From: Deinococcales bacterium | GTDB lineage: Bacteria; Deinococcota; Deinococci; Deinococcales; JAAFIG01 | DNA: 64,000 nucleotides | Direction: 5' to 3' | NCBI GenBank assembly: GCA_031414595.1 | Contig: JANNVX010000088.1 | Coordinates: forward strand, 29,787-93,786 | In this document: piece after piece, positions 44,203 through 53,883 of the stretch | Position numbering within the stretch: the first letter of the stretch is position 1 | How the letters are laid out: the number at the start of each line of letters is the position of its first letter | Notes under the pieces: model-generated | What the model saw: only the letters and a program-made list of their open reading frames with translations | Databases searched by the model: none | Told to the model about the DNA's origin: nothing | Translations under genes and position numbers: made by a program

Positions 44203-44265
44203 GGGCGAAGGGCGAAAGGCGAAAGGCGAAAGGCGAAAGGCGAAAGGCAAAAGGCGAAAGGTCAA
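44203..44265. repeat. tandem heptanucleotide repeat (R)GGCGAA, about 9 units
   Basis: GGGCGAA x2, AGGCGAA x5, AGGCAAA, AGGCGAA, AGGTCAA, with degenerate AAGGTGA/AAGGTTA units from 44180. Fills the spacer between the yvcK-like stop and the nif3 start. Confidence 0.9.
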
Positions 44266-45581
44266 TCAAAGTAGAAACTCAAAGGATTACGAATTCGGGA
44301 TTTGGCGGCATAGGTCATGATGGCTCGAGCCAAGCGGGTGGCATTGTGTTGGGCTTGACCACCTTTGGAGAGGTTAGTTTGAATCACTTGCACACCGCGC
44401 ATTCGCACCGCGTCTATGTCTTGTTTGACAGGTTTAGCACCAACTTTGGCGTATTGGGCTAAGGTGCTGGGGTGAAGACTGGCATTGTTGGTTAAAACGG
44501 CATCGGGGGTGCGTTGTAAGTGCTGAATAATCACATGCAGATGCTCGAGCAGGCTCATGGTATCGGTTTCGCCGGGTTCGGTCATGATATTAGAAATGTA
44601 AAGCAGCTTTGCCCTAGATTTCTTAATCGCAGTTTTTAAGTCTGGTACAAGCAACGTTGGCACTAAACTGGTGTATAAACTGCCCGGTCCAATTAAAATC
44701 ACTTCGGCATTTTGAATCGCTTCGATTGCCGCTTTCGGGGCGGTTAAATGATTTGGCTCGAGCAGCATTCGGTCTATTTTTCGGTTCTTTCGCTCCAACC
44801 CGAGGGTGCTTTCACCGCGTATGGTTGTGCCATCTTCTAAAAGTGCCACCAGCACGGCTGGCTCGAGACTGGCGGGTAGGACTGTGCCACGCACATCAAG
44901 GATTTCATTGACCGCTTGGGTGGCTTGGGCAAAATCTTGACGATGTTCTGCGAGCGTGGCAATCAGTAAATTACCAAAGGTATGACCGCTAATGTCCCCA
45001 CGGGTAAAACGGTGGGTCAAGAGTTCTTTTAAGAGCGGGCTGTCAGACAGTGCCGCGTAACAATCGGTTAAATCACCCGGGGCAGGCATCTCGAGACCCA
45101 CCCGTAAGCGTCCACTCGAGCCGCCATCATCGGTGACTGCCACAATTGCCGTGATGTTGCTGGTAAATCCCTTTAAGCCCGTCAGTAAATTGCTTAAGCC
45201 CGTGCCACCACCTAAAGCCACGATTCGTGGACCTCTGGTTAATGCCCTGCGCCGAAAAATAATATCCACGGTTTCTCTTGGACTCGAGCCAACTGCCAAG
45301 AGCAAACTGCGGTTTAAGCCAAGAATACCAATCACTCCAAGCAGCAAGCCACCAAAAAAACCAAGCGCCATAAGACCCCAACGTCCCAAACCAAGATTTT
45401 CGGAAATCTCAATTAAGCGTGCCGTCCAATTGATAAAATTATTGCGTTCAGGACCAACCCGCGCCCAAGCCACAAAAGCCAAGACCAGCGTAATTAGCCC
45501 CAGTAAAATCAGCACCACAAAGCGTTTGACCCGTAAGCCCGGAATCAGCCAGCGCCAGATGCCAAAAAAATAGCTTTTCAT
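44262..45581 (-). CDS. YvcK/CofD-family gluconeogenesis-morphology factor with N-terminal membrane anchor
   Basis: RIVALGGGTGLSNLLTGLK and VTDDGGSSGRLR motifs. Two N-terminal TM helices. Confidence 0.85.
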   Translation of the reverse strand: MKSYFFGIWRWLIPGLRVKRFVVLILLGLITLVLAFVAWARVGPERNNFINWTARLIEISENLGLGRWGLMALGFFGGLLLGVIGILGLNRSLLLAVGSSPRETVDIIFRRRALTRGPRIVALGGGTGLSNLLTGLKGFTSNITAIVAVTDDGGSSGRLRVGLEMPAPGDLTDCYAALSDSPLLKELLTHRFTRGDISGHTFGNLLIATLAEHRQDFAQATQAVNEILDVRGTVLPASLEPAVLVALLEDGTTIRGESTLGLERKNRKIDRMLLEPNHLTAPKAAIEAIQNAEVILIGPGSLYTSLVPTLLVPDLKTAIKKSRAKLLYISNIMTEPGETDTMSLLEHLHVIIQHLQRTPDAVLTNNASLHPSTLAQYAKVGAKPVKQDIDAVRMRGVQVIQTNLSKGGQAQHNATRLARAIMTYAAKSRIRNPLSFYFD

Positions 45582-46423
45582 GCCTCGCCCTCAGCCCGTT
45601 CAATATCGCGGTGTTCGGTTTGTAGGGCGTACTGACTCGAGAAATCCCGTGCTAGACTTTCGATGACGGCGACACTGCGATGGTAGCCTCCGGTGCAACC
45701 CACCGCCACACTGTAATTGGAACGCCCACTGGCTTTGGCACGTTCAAGATTGAGTTTCACAAATTCACGCAATTCATTAAAAAAAGCGGTGCCATCAGCT
45801 GTAAAAATATGCTTTGCAACATCCGGCTCGAGACCACTGCGGTGTTTTAAGCTGGCATCCCAATACGGATTGGGCAAACTGCGGGCATCCACCACCAAAT
45901 CGGCATCGGTCGGCGCACCATGCTTAAAACCAAAACTAAAGAGCGTGACCATAAATTTCTGGCTAGGGTCGCCGTACAAATTCCTAAGGCGCTCAATCAA
46001 ATCTCTGGCTTTTAAGTTAGAAGTGTCAATCACGGTGTCGGCTCGTTCACGTAAGCCCTCGAGAACCCGTCGTTCCTCACGAAAATCACCCAATAACGTT
46101 GGCTCACCAAGCGGATGAGCGCGTCGCGTCAAACCATAGCGCCGCACCAGCACATCATCATCAGCATCTAAAAATACCAATTCTGGTTGTACCGAAGTTT
46201 GGGTGATTGCAAACGCCATCTCGAGGTCAGACAAAAAATGGCGCGTTCGGGCATCTGTGACTACTGCCACTCGCTCTAAACCTCGAGCCGAACAACCCGT
46301 AATCAATGCTGTCCAGAGCATTGGTGGCAAATTATCGGTGATAAAATAACCAAATTCCTCGAGGGCTTGCAGTGCCGTGGTTTTACCCGCCCCACTTCGC
46401 CCGGAAACAATCACAAAACGCAT
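45578..46423 (-). CDS. rapZ: RNase adapter protein RapZ (YvcJ)
   Basis: MRFVIVSGRSGAGKTTALQALEEFGYFITDNLP P-loop N-terminus. C-terminal GCTGGYHRSV motif. Confidence 0.9.
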   Translation of the reverse strand: MRFVIVSGRSGAGKTTALQALEEFGYFITDNLPPMLWTALITGCSARGLERVAVVTDARTRHFLSDLEMAFAITQTSVQPELVFLDADDDVLVRRYGLTRRAHPLGEPTLLGDFREERRVLEGLRERADTVIDTSNLKARDLIERLRNLYGDPSQKFMVTLFSFGFKHGAPTDADLVVDARSLPNPYWDASLKHRSGLEPDVAKHIFTADGTAFFNELREFVKLNLERAKASGRSNYSVAVGCTGGYHRSVAVIESLARDFSSQYALQTEHRDIERAEGEA

Positions 46424-46464
46424 GGAATTAGTGTACTAGGCTTGAATGAAGAAAGTGAACTCGG

Positions 46465-46665
46465 TCAAGCAAAGAGTAATTCATCTATGCGTTCAGATAA
46501 ATCCCCAATACCGGATGCTCCAAGCCCAACCCAAGAGCGTTGTGGCTTTGTGATGGTTAATGCTTGTGCCAAAAGCTCCTCGAGCATTTTCTGTTCGGTT
46601 TTGCCATGCACCAATGAGGCATCTTTAAGTTTTTGTTCGAGGTGTGTTGGTACGTGCAAAGCCAT
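46465..46665 (-). CDS. small ribbon-helix-helix-like protein (orphan antitoxin-like)
   Basis: 66 aa. MALHVPTHLEQKLKDASLVHGKTEQKMLEELLAQAL resembles an RHH fold. No adjacent toxin. Confidence 0.4.
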   Translation of the reverse strand: MALHVPTHLEQKLKDASLVHGKTEQKMLEELLAQALTITKPQRSWVGLGASGIGDLSERIDELLFA

Positions 46666-46742
46666 ACTTGGGAATGTACATCAAAAAATATGGATTCTCG
46701 AGCAATCTAATCTGGCATTATATCTGGTATTTCGGCAATAGT

Positions 46743-46967
46743 TTAAGCAGCTTTTGCAGTTGATCGAGCTTTGGCTTTGAACCATAGCTCAACTCGAGGC
46801 AGACTGAAGGCAAGTGCTTCGTCAATGAGTTTATCGAGGTAAATTGTTGTTGCCATCGAAAAACCCATTGAGCCATCGGATAAAACTCTTTCAACAGGCA
46901 CATCATGCACTACTACAACTCGTTTAGAACGCTTTTGTACATATTCAAATTTTGTTTTCATGCTCAC
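46743..46967 (-). CDS. small protein, candidate antitoxin of the DUF4258-like gene
   Basis: 74-aa ORF, 4-nt overlap with the upstream gene. Confidence 0.4.
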   Translation of the reverse strand: MSMKTKFEYVQKRSKRVVVVHDVPVERVLSDGSMGFSMATTIYLDKLIDEALAFSLPRVELWFKAKARSTAKAA

Positions 46968-47341
46968 CTCGAGTTGCGCTTGATTTTTGTAACGGCATGA
47001 ACTGTGACCACATAGTACCCGCTATCCCATGAAACTTTCACGCGAATTTTACGCGAACCACCTGCACGACCCTCAAAATTTACACCGATCTGACGTGTTT
47101 GTAAAATAGATAAGTCTTTACTGATTGGCACACCATTTTCGATAGCCGAAAAAATTTGCAAAGCAGTGATGGCATCGTCTTTTGCGGCGGCTAAAGCGTG
47201 TTCTGATACGATGAGTTTGCCATGTTGAAGCGCATCACGAATATGAAAAATTTCAGCAGGGGTGACATATTCAACGGTTAAATCGAAGGCTTGCTCGAGC
47301 GATGAAGGTGGCATTTTGAGTTGTTTGATGTTGTCTGTCAT
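46964..47341 (-). CDS. DUF4258-like protein (putative toxin)
   Basis: 125 aa. ISEHALAAAKDDAITALQIFSAIENG ... VKVSWDSGYYVVTVH resembles the DUF4258 family. Tentative. Confidence 0.45.
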   Translation of the reverse strand: MTDNIKQLKMPPSSLEQAFDLTVEYVTPAEIFHIRDALQHGKLIVSEHALAAAKDDAITALQIFSAIENGVPISKDLSILQTRQIGVNFEGRAGGSRKIRVKVSWDSGYYVVTVHAVTKIKRNSR

Positions 47342-47356
47342 ATTTTTGACTCGAGG

Positions 47357-48241
47357 CTAACGTTCGCCGCGTAAGTATGGTCTTCCCAAACTTTCGGGTG
47401 CAGCCCCTTGTTGTCCTCTTGCGCCAGCCAATGCCAGCACCACAACCACCAGCAAATACGGCATCGCTGCAAAAACCTCGGAAGGAATTGGTACTTTGCC
47501 TTGTAGCGCAAATTGCAGGTAGTACAACAGCCCAAAGAAAAACGAACCAGCAATGGCGCGTAACGGACTCCAACCCACAAAAATCACCAGTGCCACCGCC
47601 ACCCAACCTAAGCCAACCGTCATGCCATCAGTCCAAGATGGTCTCGAGGCAATGCTTAAAAATGCCCCTGCTGCCCCTGCCATTGCCCCGCCAAATGCCA
47701 CGGCAGCGTAGCGCACCAAGGCGACGTTCATGCCCAGCACATCGGCGGCAGCAGGGTTCTCGCCAATTGAGCGAAGCATTAGCCCAAGGTGTGTGGCATA
47801 CAGTAAAAACGCCAGCAGCAACGCCAATACAACAGCCGCAATGGTAAATACCCATTCAGGAGCTTGATTAAAAAGTGGCATTCCTTCAAAGCGTTTACCG
47901 AGTAAACCACTAATACCAAGCCCAAGCATCGTTAATGCCAAACCAGAAACAAATTGATTGGCGCGTAAGGTAATCGTCACAAAGGCATGAACCATGGAGG
48001 CAAACGCCCCAACGCTCATGGCTGCCAGCACCGCCAGAATCAGACTGCCGTTGCCAGTACCGTCACCGAATACAGTAGCAAAACCCGCCAATGCCCCAAG
48101 AATCATCATCCCTTCAACCCCAAGGTTGACTACCCCAGCCCGTTCGTTGATAATTGCGCCTAAACTTGCCAGTAAAAGCGGTGTGCCGAACGATAATGCC
48201 CGTAAAACCGCCCCCAGAATCTCATCCATTATTTCCCCCAT
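47357..48241 (-). CDS. ABC transporter permease (BMP/nucleoside-type, YufQ-like)
   Basis: 294-aa polytopic protein. Branched-chain/ribose-type permease pattern GVVNLGVEGMM. Confidence 0.85.
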   Translation of the reverse strand: MGEIMDEILGAVLRALSFGTPLLLASLGAIINERAGVVNLGVEGMMILGALAGFATVFGDGTGNGSLILAVLAAMSVGAFASMVHAFVTITLRANQFVSGLALTMLGLGISGLLGKRFEGMPLFNQAPEWVFTIAAVVLALLLAFLLYATHLGLMLRSIGENPAAADVLGMNVALVRYAAVAFGGAMAGAAGAFLSIASRPSWTDGMTVGLGWVAVALVIFVGWSPLRAIAGSFFFGLLYYLQFALQGKVPIPSEVFAAMPYLLVVVVLALAGARGQQGAAPESLGRPYLRGER

Positions 48242-49284
48242 TTGATGCGGTTACTGACAAAAATTTCTGAGGCGATGAGGGATAAAAGCATCACCCCGCT
48301 AAAGACATCCACCACCCGAAAAGGCATGTTCAAGACAATTTTTAGTAAATCTCCACCCGCCAAAATAATCCCCATAAACGGCGCAGTCACCAGCACCAAA
48401 ATCGGATGCCCTCGAGCTAACCACGCCACAATAATCGCTGTAAAACCATAACCCAAAGAAATCTGGGCTGGCTCGAGCAGGCGGTGATGAATCGCACTGA
48501 CTTCGCCAGCCCCAGCGATTCCCGCTAAACCACCGGTAATCATTGCCATAATCGTCACGATTCTTGGCACAGAAATACCTGTGTATCTGGCAGCCCCAGC
48601 GTTTTCGCCAACCACCCGCAATTCAAACCCAAGGGTGGTTTTTGAGAGCAGAATTTGTAAGGCAACAGCCGCAATAATTCCAAGAATTAAAGTTGGATAA
48701 TGCACCAATGTGCCGCCGATTAAGGGCATCTGGGCAAAATTCGGGAATTCATCGGTGTAAATAAATCCACGGACATTTTTGCCTTTCCACGGTCCTGCAA
48801 TTAAGTACAGCACCAAGTAATACGCCACATAATTGAGCATTAAGGTGGATAAAATTTCATTGACCGAAAAGCGTTGTCGTAACCACGCTGCCAAAAGCGC
48901 TCCTAGTCCGCCACCAATTGCGCCCATGACCAACATGACTGGAATACTCAGCACCCCAAGTGGAAAAAAAAGTGGGATGATGGCTGCAAAAATCGCCCCA
49001 AGCAGCATTTGTCCTTCTGCCCCGATATTAAAAAACTGCGCTCTGAATGCCAAGGTCAAACCCACACCAATCAACAGCAAAGGAATGGTTCGTCGAGCCA
49101 CCTCAGCCAGTCCTTGGGCTTCAAACAGTGTCCCCGAAATCATAATTCGGTAGACTTCTAGTGGATTACTGCCATAAGCTGCAAAAAGAAAAGCGGTAAC
49201 GATGGCTGCAAATAAGATTGCGCCAAGTGAAACCCAAGCAGCCCGAAACCGATTTGGATTTAGAATTGGAATAAAACGAATCAT
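48229..49284 (-). CDS. ABC transporter permease (BMP/nucleoside-type, YufP-like)
   Basis: 351-aa polytopic protein, FNIGAEGQM motif. Overlaps neighbouring operon genes. Confidence 0.85.
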   Translation of the reverse strand: MIRFIPILNPNRFRAAWVSLGAILFAAIVTAFLFAAYGSNPLEVYRIMISGTLFEAQGLAEVARRTIPLLLIGVGLTLAFRAQFFNIGAEGQMLLGAIFAAIIPLFFPLGVLSIPVMLVMGAIGGGLGALLAAWLRQRFSVNEILSTLMLNYVAYYLVLYLIAGPWKGKNVRGFIYTDEFPNFAQMPLIGGTLVHYPTLILGIIAAVALQILLSKTTLGFELRVVGENAGAARYTGISVPRIVTIMAMITGGLAGIAGAGEVSAIHHRLLEPAQISLGYGFTAIIVAWLARGHPILVLVTAPFMGIILAGGDLLKIVLNMPFRVVDVFSGVMLLSLIASEIFVSNRIKWGK

Positions 49285-50780
49285 GCCTCACCACCTGTCA
49301 TGTACAAACCAATTTGTTCCCTCGAGATTTGGCTCACTTCAAAAGGACCCTTAAGTTCATCGTGGTACAAAATAGCAATTTTATCGGATAAGGAGAGCAG
49401 TTCTTCCAGGTCTTCGGAAACCAACAACACACACGCCCCAGCCTTGGTGCGCTCGAGTAAAACCTGATGCACTTGGTCGGTTGCGCCAATGTCTAAACCA
49501 TATGTTGGATGCACCGCCAGAATCAGCTTGGCGTTTTTGCCCAGTTCACGCGCCAGAATCACTTTTTGGATATTCCCACCAGATAGTAATCTCGAGGGTG
49601 TACTGCTGCTTGGGGTGGCTACGGCGTACTCGAGAATTTTGTTTTGGGCATTTTCTTCTAAGGCATTAAAATCGCGCATTAAACCGTTTGCCAGTGGTTT
49701 AGCCGCGTATTCACGCAACGCCAGATTATCCGAAACGGTCATGCTCGGGATTGTTCCCATACGAATTCGGTCTTCGGGAATATGCGCCACCCCAGCCGCA
49801 AAGAGCTTGGCGGGGTTTGGCTCGAGTTCTTGCCCAGCCAGTAAAATTGACCCCGAAGTTTTAGGATGTAAGCCCGCCAGAATTTCAATCAGTTCCGATT
49901 GCCCGTTGCCAGCCACACCAGCCACACCAATCACTTCGCCTTGATGCAGGGTCAACGAAACGTTTTTAAGTCCCTCAAAACCACGGCTATTTTTGGCGCA
50001 GAGGTTTTTGACCACCAGCATCGGTTCGCCAAGGGTGGCTGTTTGGCGTTTGCGGGTAAAGTCCACATTGCGCCCAACCATTAACTCGGCAAGTTTGGCT
50101 TTGCTGGCATCTGAAGTTTTTAAGCCTCCCACGACCTTGCCGCGCCGCAGTACCGTTACCCTGTCAGTAATCGCTAAGACCTCCTCGAGTTTATGCGAAA
50201 TAAAAATCAGCGATTTCCCAGCTTCGCGTAAGCCGCGCATCACCCGAAAAAGTGCCTCGGCTTCTTGAGGGGTAAGAACACTGGTTGGTTCATCGAGAAT
50301 CAGCACTCGAGCGCCGCCAAGTAATGCCCGCAAAATCTCGACCCGTTGTTTTTCGCCGGGCGATAACTGATTGATTTTGGCGTTCGGATCAATTGTTAGC
50401 CCGTACTGGGCTGCCAATTCTTTAATCCGTGGTGTGATGCGACCTGCTGGAAAAAAACCGCCCAAACCCAAAGCCAAATTCTCGCTCACCGAATGGCGAT
50501 TGACCAGCACTGGATGTTGCGGCACAAGTCCTATTCCCAGTTTAAGCGCATGACTTGGCGAGGCAATCTGGACAGGTTTACCCTCGAGTAAAATCTGCCC
50601 TTCGTCGGGACGGTACAAGCCGTACAAAATACTGATTAAGGTACTTTTGCCAGCGCCATTTTCACCGAGCAGTGCCAGAACTTCGCCGCTATGAACCTCT
50701 AAGCTCACTTGGTCATTGGCAACCACTCCGGGGAAACGCTTGGTAATGCCACGCAACTCGAGAAACGGCGCATTAGACAT
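49281..50780 (-). CDS. ABC transporter ATP-binding protein with duplicated NBDs
   Basis: Walker A GENGAGKST, signature LSPGEKQRVEI, second-domain LSGGNIQKVILAREL. 499 aa. Confidence 0.9.
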   Translation of the reverse strand: MSNAPFLELRGITKRFPGVVANDQVSLEVHSGEVLALLGENGAGKSTLISILYGLYRPDEGQILLEGKPVQIASPSHALKLGIGLVPQHPVLVNRHSVSENLALGLGGFFPAGRITPRIKELAAQYGLTIDPNAKINQLSPGEKQRVEILRALLGGARVLILDEPTSVLTPQEAEALFRVMRGLREAGKSLIFISHKLEEVLAITDRVTVLRRGKVVGGLKTSDASKAKLAELMVGRNVDFTRKRQTATLGEPMLVVKNLCAKNSRGFEGLKNVSLTLHQGEVIGVAGVAGNGQSELIEILAGLHPKTSGSILLAGQELEPNPAKLFAAGVAHIPEDRIRMGTIPSMTVSDNLALREYAAKPLANGLMRDFNALEENAQNKILEYAVATPSSSTPSRLLSGGNIQKVILARELGKNAKLILAVHPTYGLDIGATDQVHQVLLERTKAGACVLLVSEDLEELLSLSDKIAILYHDELKGPFEVSQISREQIGLYMTGGEA

Positions 50781-51594
50781 AATTCACCACCTTGGCAGAC
50801 TTGGGCTTTTCTAGGTAAGTCATTAATTGCGCTGCCACAGCAAGGGCAATTGCTTCGGGGGTCTTACTTTGAATTTGCGGTAAGCCAATCGGGGTTGTCA
50901 CCCGTTCTACATTGTTAAACCCAGACTCGAGTAATTTTTTCTTAAAACGTTGCCATTTGGTTGCCGAGCCAATCAAGCCAAGAAAACCAAGGTCATCTCG
51001 AGCCAAAGCAGCTTTTAGCACATACAAATCCTCGGCATGGTCATGGGTCATGATGACCAGATGACAACCTGTTGGTAAATCCTGCACCACCCCATCTAAG
51101 ACTGGCATCGAATGCACACTCACTCGAGCCACGCTTGAATTTAGGGGCATTAAGCGCGTCGGACTTAACATCTCGGCTCGAGAATCCACCAACCACAAAT
51201 CTATTGCTAAAATACTCAGCACCTTTGCCAGTGCAAAACCAACATGCCCGACACCAAAAATCGACACACTGGCTCGAGACATCGGCACAGGTTCAAACAA
51301 TAACTCAACTTCGCCACCACAGCACTGTACCCCAAATAAACTCTGTTCATGGGTCAGGCGCAGAGTTTGGCGCAGTAAGCCTGATGCACCATTTTTCAAC
51401 ATCCCTCGAGCCATTTCTATTGCCACTGCCTCGAGATTCCCACCGCCGATGGTTTCAAAAGTCTTTTCGGCAGTCACCAACATCTTTGTACCCATCTCAC
51501 GTGGCGCATGACCCCGCACCGCCAACAATGTCACCAGCACCACGGGGGTTTTGGTGCTTTTAAGTTCTAGCAGATGCTCGAGCCACAAATTCAT
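50773..51594 (-). CDS. xdhC: XdhC/CoxI-family molybdenum-cofactor insertion chaperone
   Basis: N-terminal XdhC_CoxI region (VLVTLLAVRGHAPRE) and Rossmann part (VSIFGVGHVGFALAKVL). Confidence 0.8.
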   Translation of the reverse strand: MNLWLEHLLELKSTKTPVVLVTLLAVRGHAPREMGTKMLVTAEKTFETIGGGNLEAVAIEMARGMLKNGASGLLRQTLRLTHEQSLFGVQCCGGEVELLFEPVPMSRASVSIFGVGHVGFALAKVLSILAIDLWLVDSRAEMLSPTRLMPLNSSVARVSVHSMPVLDGVVQDLPTGCHLVIMTHDHAEDLYVLKAALARDDLGFLGLIGSATKWQRFKKKLLESGFNNVERVTTPIGLPQIQSKTPEAIALAVAAQLMTYLEKPKSAKVVNYV

Positions 51595-51726
51595 TGGGCT
51601 TAAAGTATCAAATTGCGACTTGTAAAGGCAACAATTTTTGAATTCACATCAATCGTGCGATTTTCATTAAGGGCGGTCAATGACACCAAAACGTTTTCTC
51701 GAGAACACAACCGAGTACAATTAACC

Positions 51727-52233
51727 ATGACCATAGAAGAAATCAATCAGTTATCCTTAAGCCAATTCCAAGCCTATTTTCAAGGGGTTCTCGAGCATTC
51801 ACCAGATTATGCGACTCGAGTTGCCCAGCAGCGCCCATTCACAGATTTTACTGCCCTTTTCACAGCCTTCAAATCGGCGATTCTCCAAGATGACCAAGAT
51901 GCACAACTTAGACTGATTCGCGCTCATCCGGACTTAGCGGGTAAAGCCGCGATTGCTGGTGAACTGACCCAAGAATCGGCAAATGAACAAAAAAGTGCTG
52001 GACTTGACCGCTTAACTCGCGAAGAATTTGCTGAATTTACCAGAATCAACACCGCGTACCACAAAAAGTTTTTGATACCCTATATTGTTTGTGTCCGCGA
52101 ACACAGCAAAGAAAGCATCTTAGCAAGTGCAGTCCAACGCTTAGATCATACACCAGCCGAAGAAATACAAAAAGCACTCGAGGAAATCAGTAAAATTGTG
52201 CGCTTACGTTTACTGGACTTGGTGTTGGATTAA
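51727..52233 (+). CDS. uraD: 2-oxo-4-hydroxy-4-carboxy-5-ureidoimidazoline (OHCU) decarboxylase
   Basis: IRAHPDLAGK and YHKKFLIPYIVCV motifs. Met at 51727. Confidence 0.8.
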   Translation: MTIEEINQLSLSQFQAYFQGVLEHSPDYATRVAQQRPFTDFTALFTAFKSAILQDDQDAQLRLIRAHPDLAGKAAIAGELTQESANEQKSAGLDRLTREEFAEFTRINTAYHKKFLIPYIVCVREHSKESILASAVQRLDHTPAEEIQKALEEISKIVRLRLLDLVLD

Positions 52234-52347
52234 AGACTTTGGAACTTTGCAACTCAAAAGCACGTATTTCCTAGCATCTGCGACTTTGGACGCATGACAG
52301 ATTTTGCGCCACAAATTAGACTTTGTTCAGTCTTACTAGGAGGACAT

Positions 52348-53022
52348 ATGAAAACCTTGGAAAATCGCAATCAACAACTTGGCTGGGTACTGCTTGGCAT
52401 TGCTGGCTTGGTACTGCTCAGCACGATCAACGGGGCAGTCGAAGGATTCTTTTGGGTGGGTGCGGTTGCCCTCGGATTCATTTATGCTTACCGCCAAACG
52501 GGTCAGCATGGATTGGTTGTACCGGCGGGCATTCTAGCTGGCGTTTCGACTGGCATTCTGCTCGAGGGCATCACTCCATTTGATGGAATTTTTCTGGTCG
52601 GACTGGCTTCTGGTTTTTGGGCAGTGCGTTTACTCGAGCCGCACCGTCACGCTTGGGCGCAATACCCGGCTTGGGTTTTAACGGCTATCGCTGGAATGGT
52701 TTTTGTTTCCGAAAATGCTTGGCTGGTTGCCCTTTCGTTGGTTGCGATTGGGGTCTACTTACTGGGTAAGAAACCAAATGTAATTGTTAATACCACTATA
52801 CAAGCCCCCAGTGTTTCACAGCCCAGCAAGTTTGAGCGCTTAACCCAATGGCGAGCCGAAACTGCCGCAAAAGCCAAGCTCCCAGAATCCGAGATTCTGC
52901 GTGGTGAACAACTCGAGCGTTTAGCTAAAATGACCCCAGAAAATGTGGATGCAATGTTTGGAGTCTTGGATGCCGCCCAAATCGAACGCTATGGAAAAAC
53001 CTTGCTGGCTGTTTTAAGCTAA
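52348..53022 (+). CDS. hypothetical membrane protein
   Basis: ATG at 52348 preceded by TAGGAGGA. About five hydrophobic helices, then a soluble C-terminal tail. Confidence 0.5.
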   Translation: MKTLENRNQQLGWVLLGIAGLVLLSTINGAVEGFFWVGAVALGFIYAYRQTGQHGLVVPAGILAGVSTGILLEGITPFDGIFLVGLASGFWAVRLLEPHRHAWAQYPAWVLTAIAGMVFVSENAWLVALSLVAIGVYLLGKKPNVIVNTTIQAPSVSQPSKFERLTQWRAETAAKAKLPESEILRGEQLERLAKMTPENVDAMFGVLDAAQIERYGKTLLAVLS

Positions 53023-53133
53023 GGATTTGAAAAAAAAGAGGTGAGGGTAGAAATTCCTTTTCCTCTTTTTCCATTCCTTGCGATTCACAGATGTTATTCA
53101 ACTGGAACTTCAAGCGCCTTGCTCTCGTAAGCT

Positions 53134-53883
53134 GTGGATGTGACCACATTGGCTTTACAATTACAGGGATTAACCAAACGCTTCGGCAACAAAAATGCCG
53201 TCCATAACCTATCGCTCGAGGTACAAAACGGCGAGTTATTTGCTTTTCTGGGGGCAAACGGCGCAGGAAAAACCACAACCCTGCGAATGATCGCGGGTTT
53301 ACTCGAGCCAGACGGCGGCGACGCACTGGTGCTGGGGCAAAGTATTCGCCATGCACCCCAAGCCGCCAAAACTGGGTTGGCGTACCTGCCCGACGACCCG
53401 CTTTTATACGGCAAATTACGACCAATGGAACACCTAGAATTTGTGGCTGGGCTTTGGAATATGCCACCACTCGAAGCCCAACAACGGGCTGAGGATTGGT
53501 TGCAAAAACTGGGTTTATGGGAAAATCGCGGCGAGTTAATCGAAGGCTTCTCGAGGGGCATGAAACAAAAAATGGCATTGGCGGCAGCCCTAATTCACCA
53601 ACCAAAACTGATGATTTTAGATGAACCCTTGACAGGCTTAGATGCCAGTGCTGCTAGACAAGTCAAGGATTTACTGCAAAATTATGTGCAGCAAGGCAAC
53701 ACCGTGATTTTAACGACCCATATTCTTGAGGTCGCAGAACGTTTAGCCACACGGATTGGGATTATCAGTGCTGGACAATTGCGGGCGCTTGGGACACTCG
53801 AGGAGTTACGGGCTTTAAGCGGTGAGCAGGGCAGTTTAGAAGATGTCTTCCTCGAGTTGACCCGCGAGGTGGGTGAAAAATGA
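53134..53883 (+). CDS. ABC transporter ATP-binding protein
   Basis: Walker A GANGAGKTT, signature FSRGMKQKMALAAAL, Walker B LMILDEPLTGLD. GTG start. Confidence 0.9.
   Translation: MDVTTLALQLQGLTKRFGNKNAVHNLSLEVQNGELFAFLGANGAGKTTTLRMIAGLLEPDGGDALVLGQSIRHAPQAAKTGLAYLPDDPLLYGKLRPMEHLEFVAGLWNMPPLEAQQRAEDWLQKLGLWENRGELIEGFSRGMKQKMALAAALIHQPKLMILDEPLTGLDASAARQVKDLLQNYVQQGNTVILTTHILEVAERLATRIGIISAGQLRALGTLEELRALSGEQGSLEDVFLELTREVGEK

Noticed and set aside
44084-44320. 78-aa ORF rich in KGE/RRKAK
   Set aside because: It is simply the translation of the GGCGAAA heptamer array and overlaps the ends of two well-supported minus-strand genes.
51595-51726. Purine riboswitch upstream of uraD
   Set aside because: I could not find the conserved purine-riboswitch junction and loop sequences by eye. 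Only an Rfam scan could settle this, so no feature is claimed.
52925-53605. 226-aa and 155-aa minus-strand ORFs opposite the ABC ATPase gene
   Set aside because: They are antisense to a gene with clear Walker and signature motifs, and they have Arg/Pro-rich low-complexity composition typical of shadow ORFs. The same reasoning applies to other long antisense ORFs: 624-1127, 2073-2582, 4266-4670, 9865-10272, 35333-35747, 45133-45573, 47377-47847, 51072-51563 and 54830-55372.
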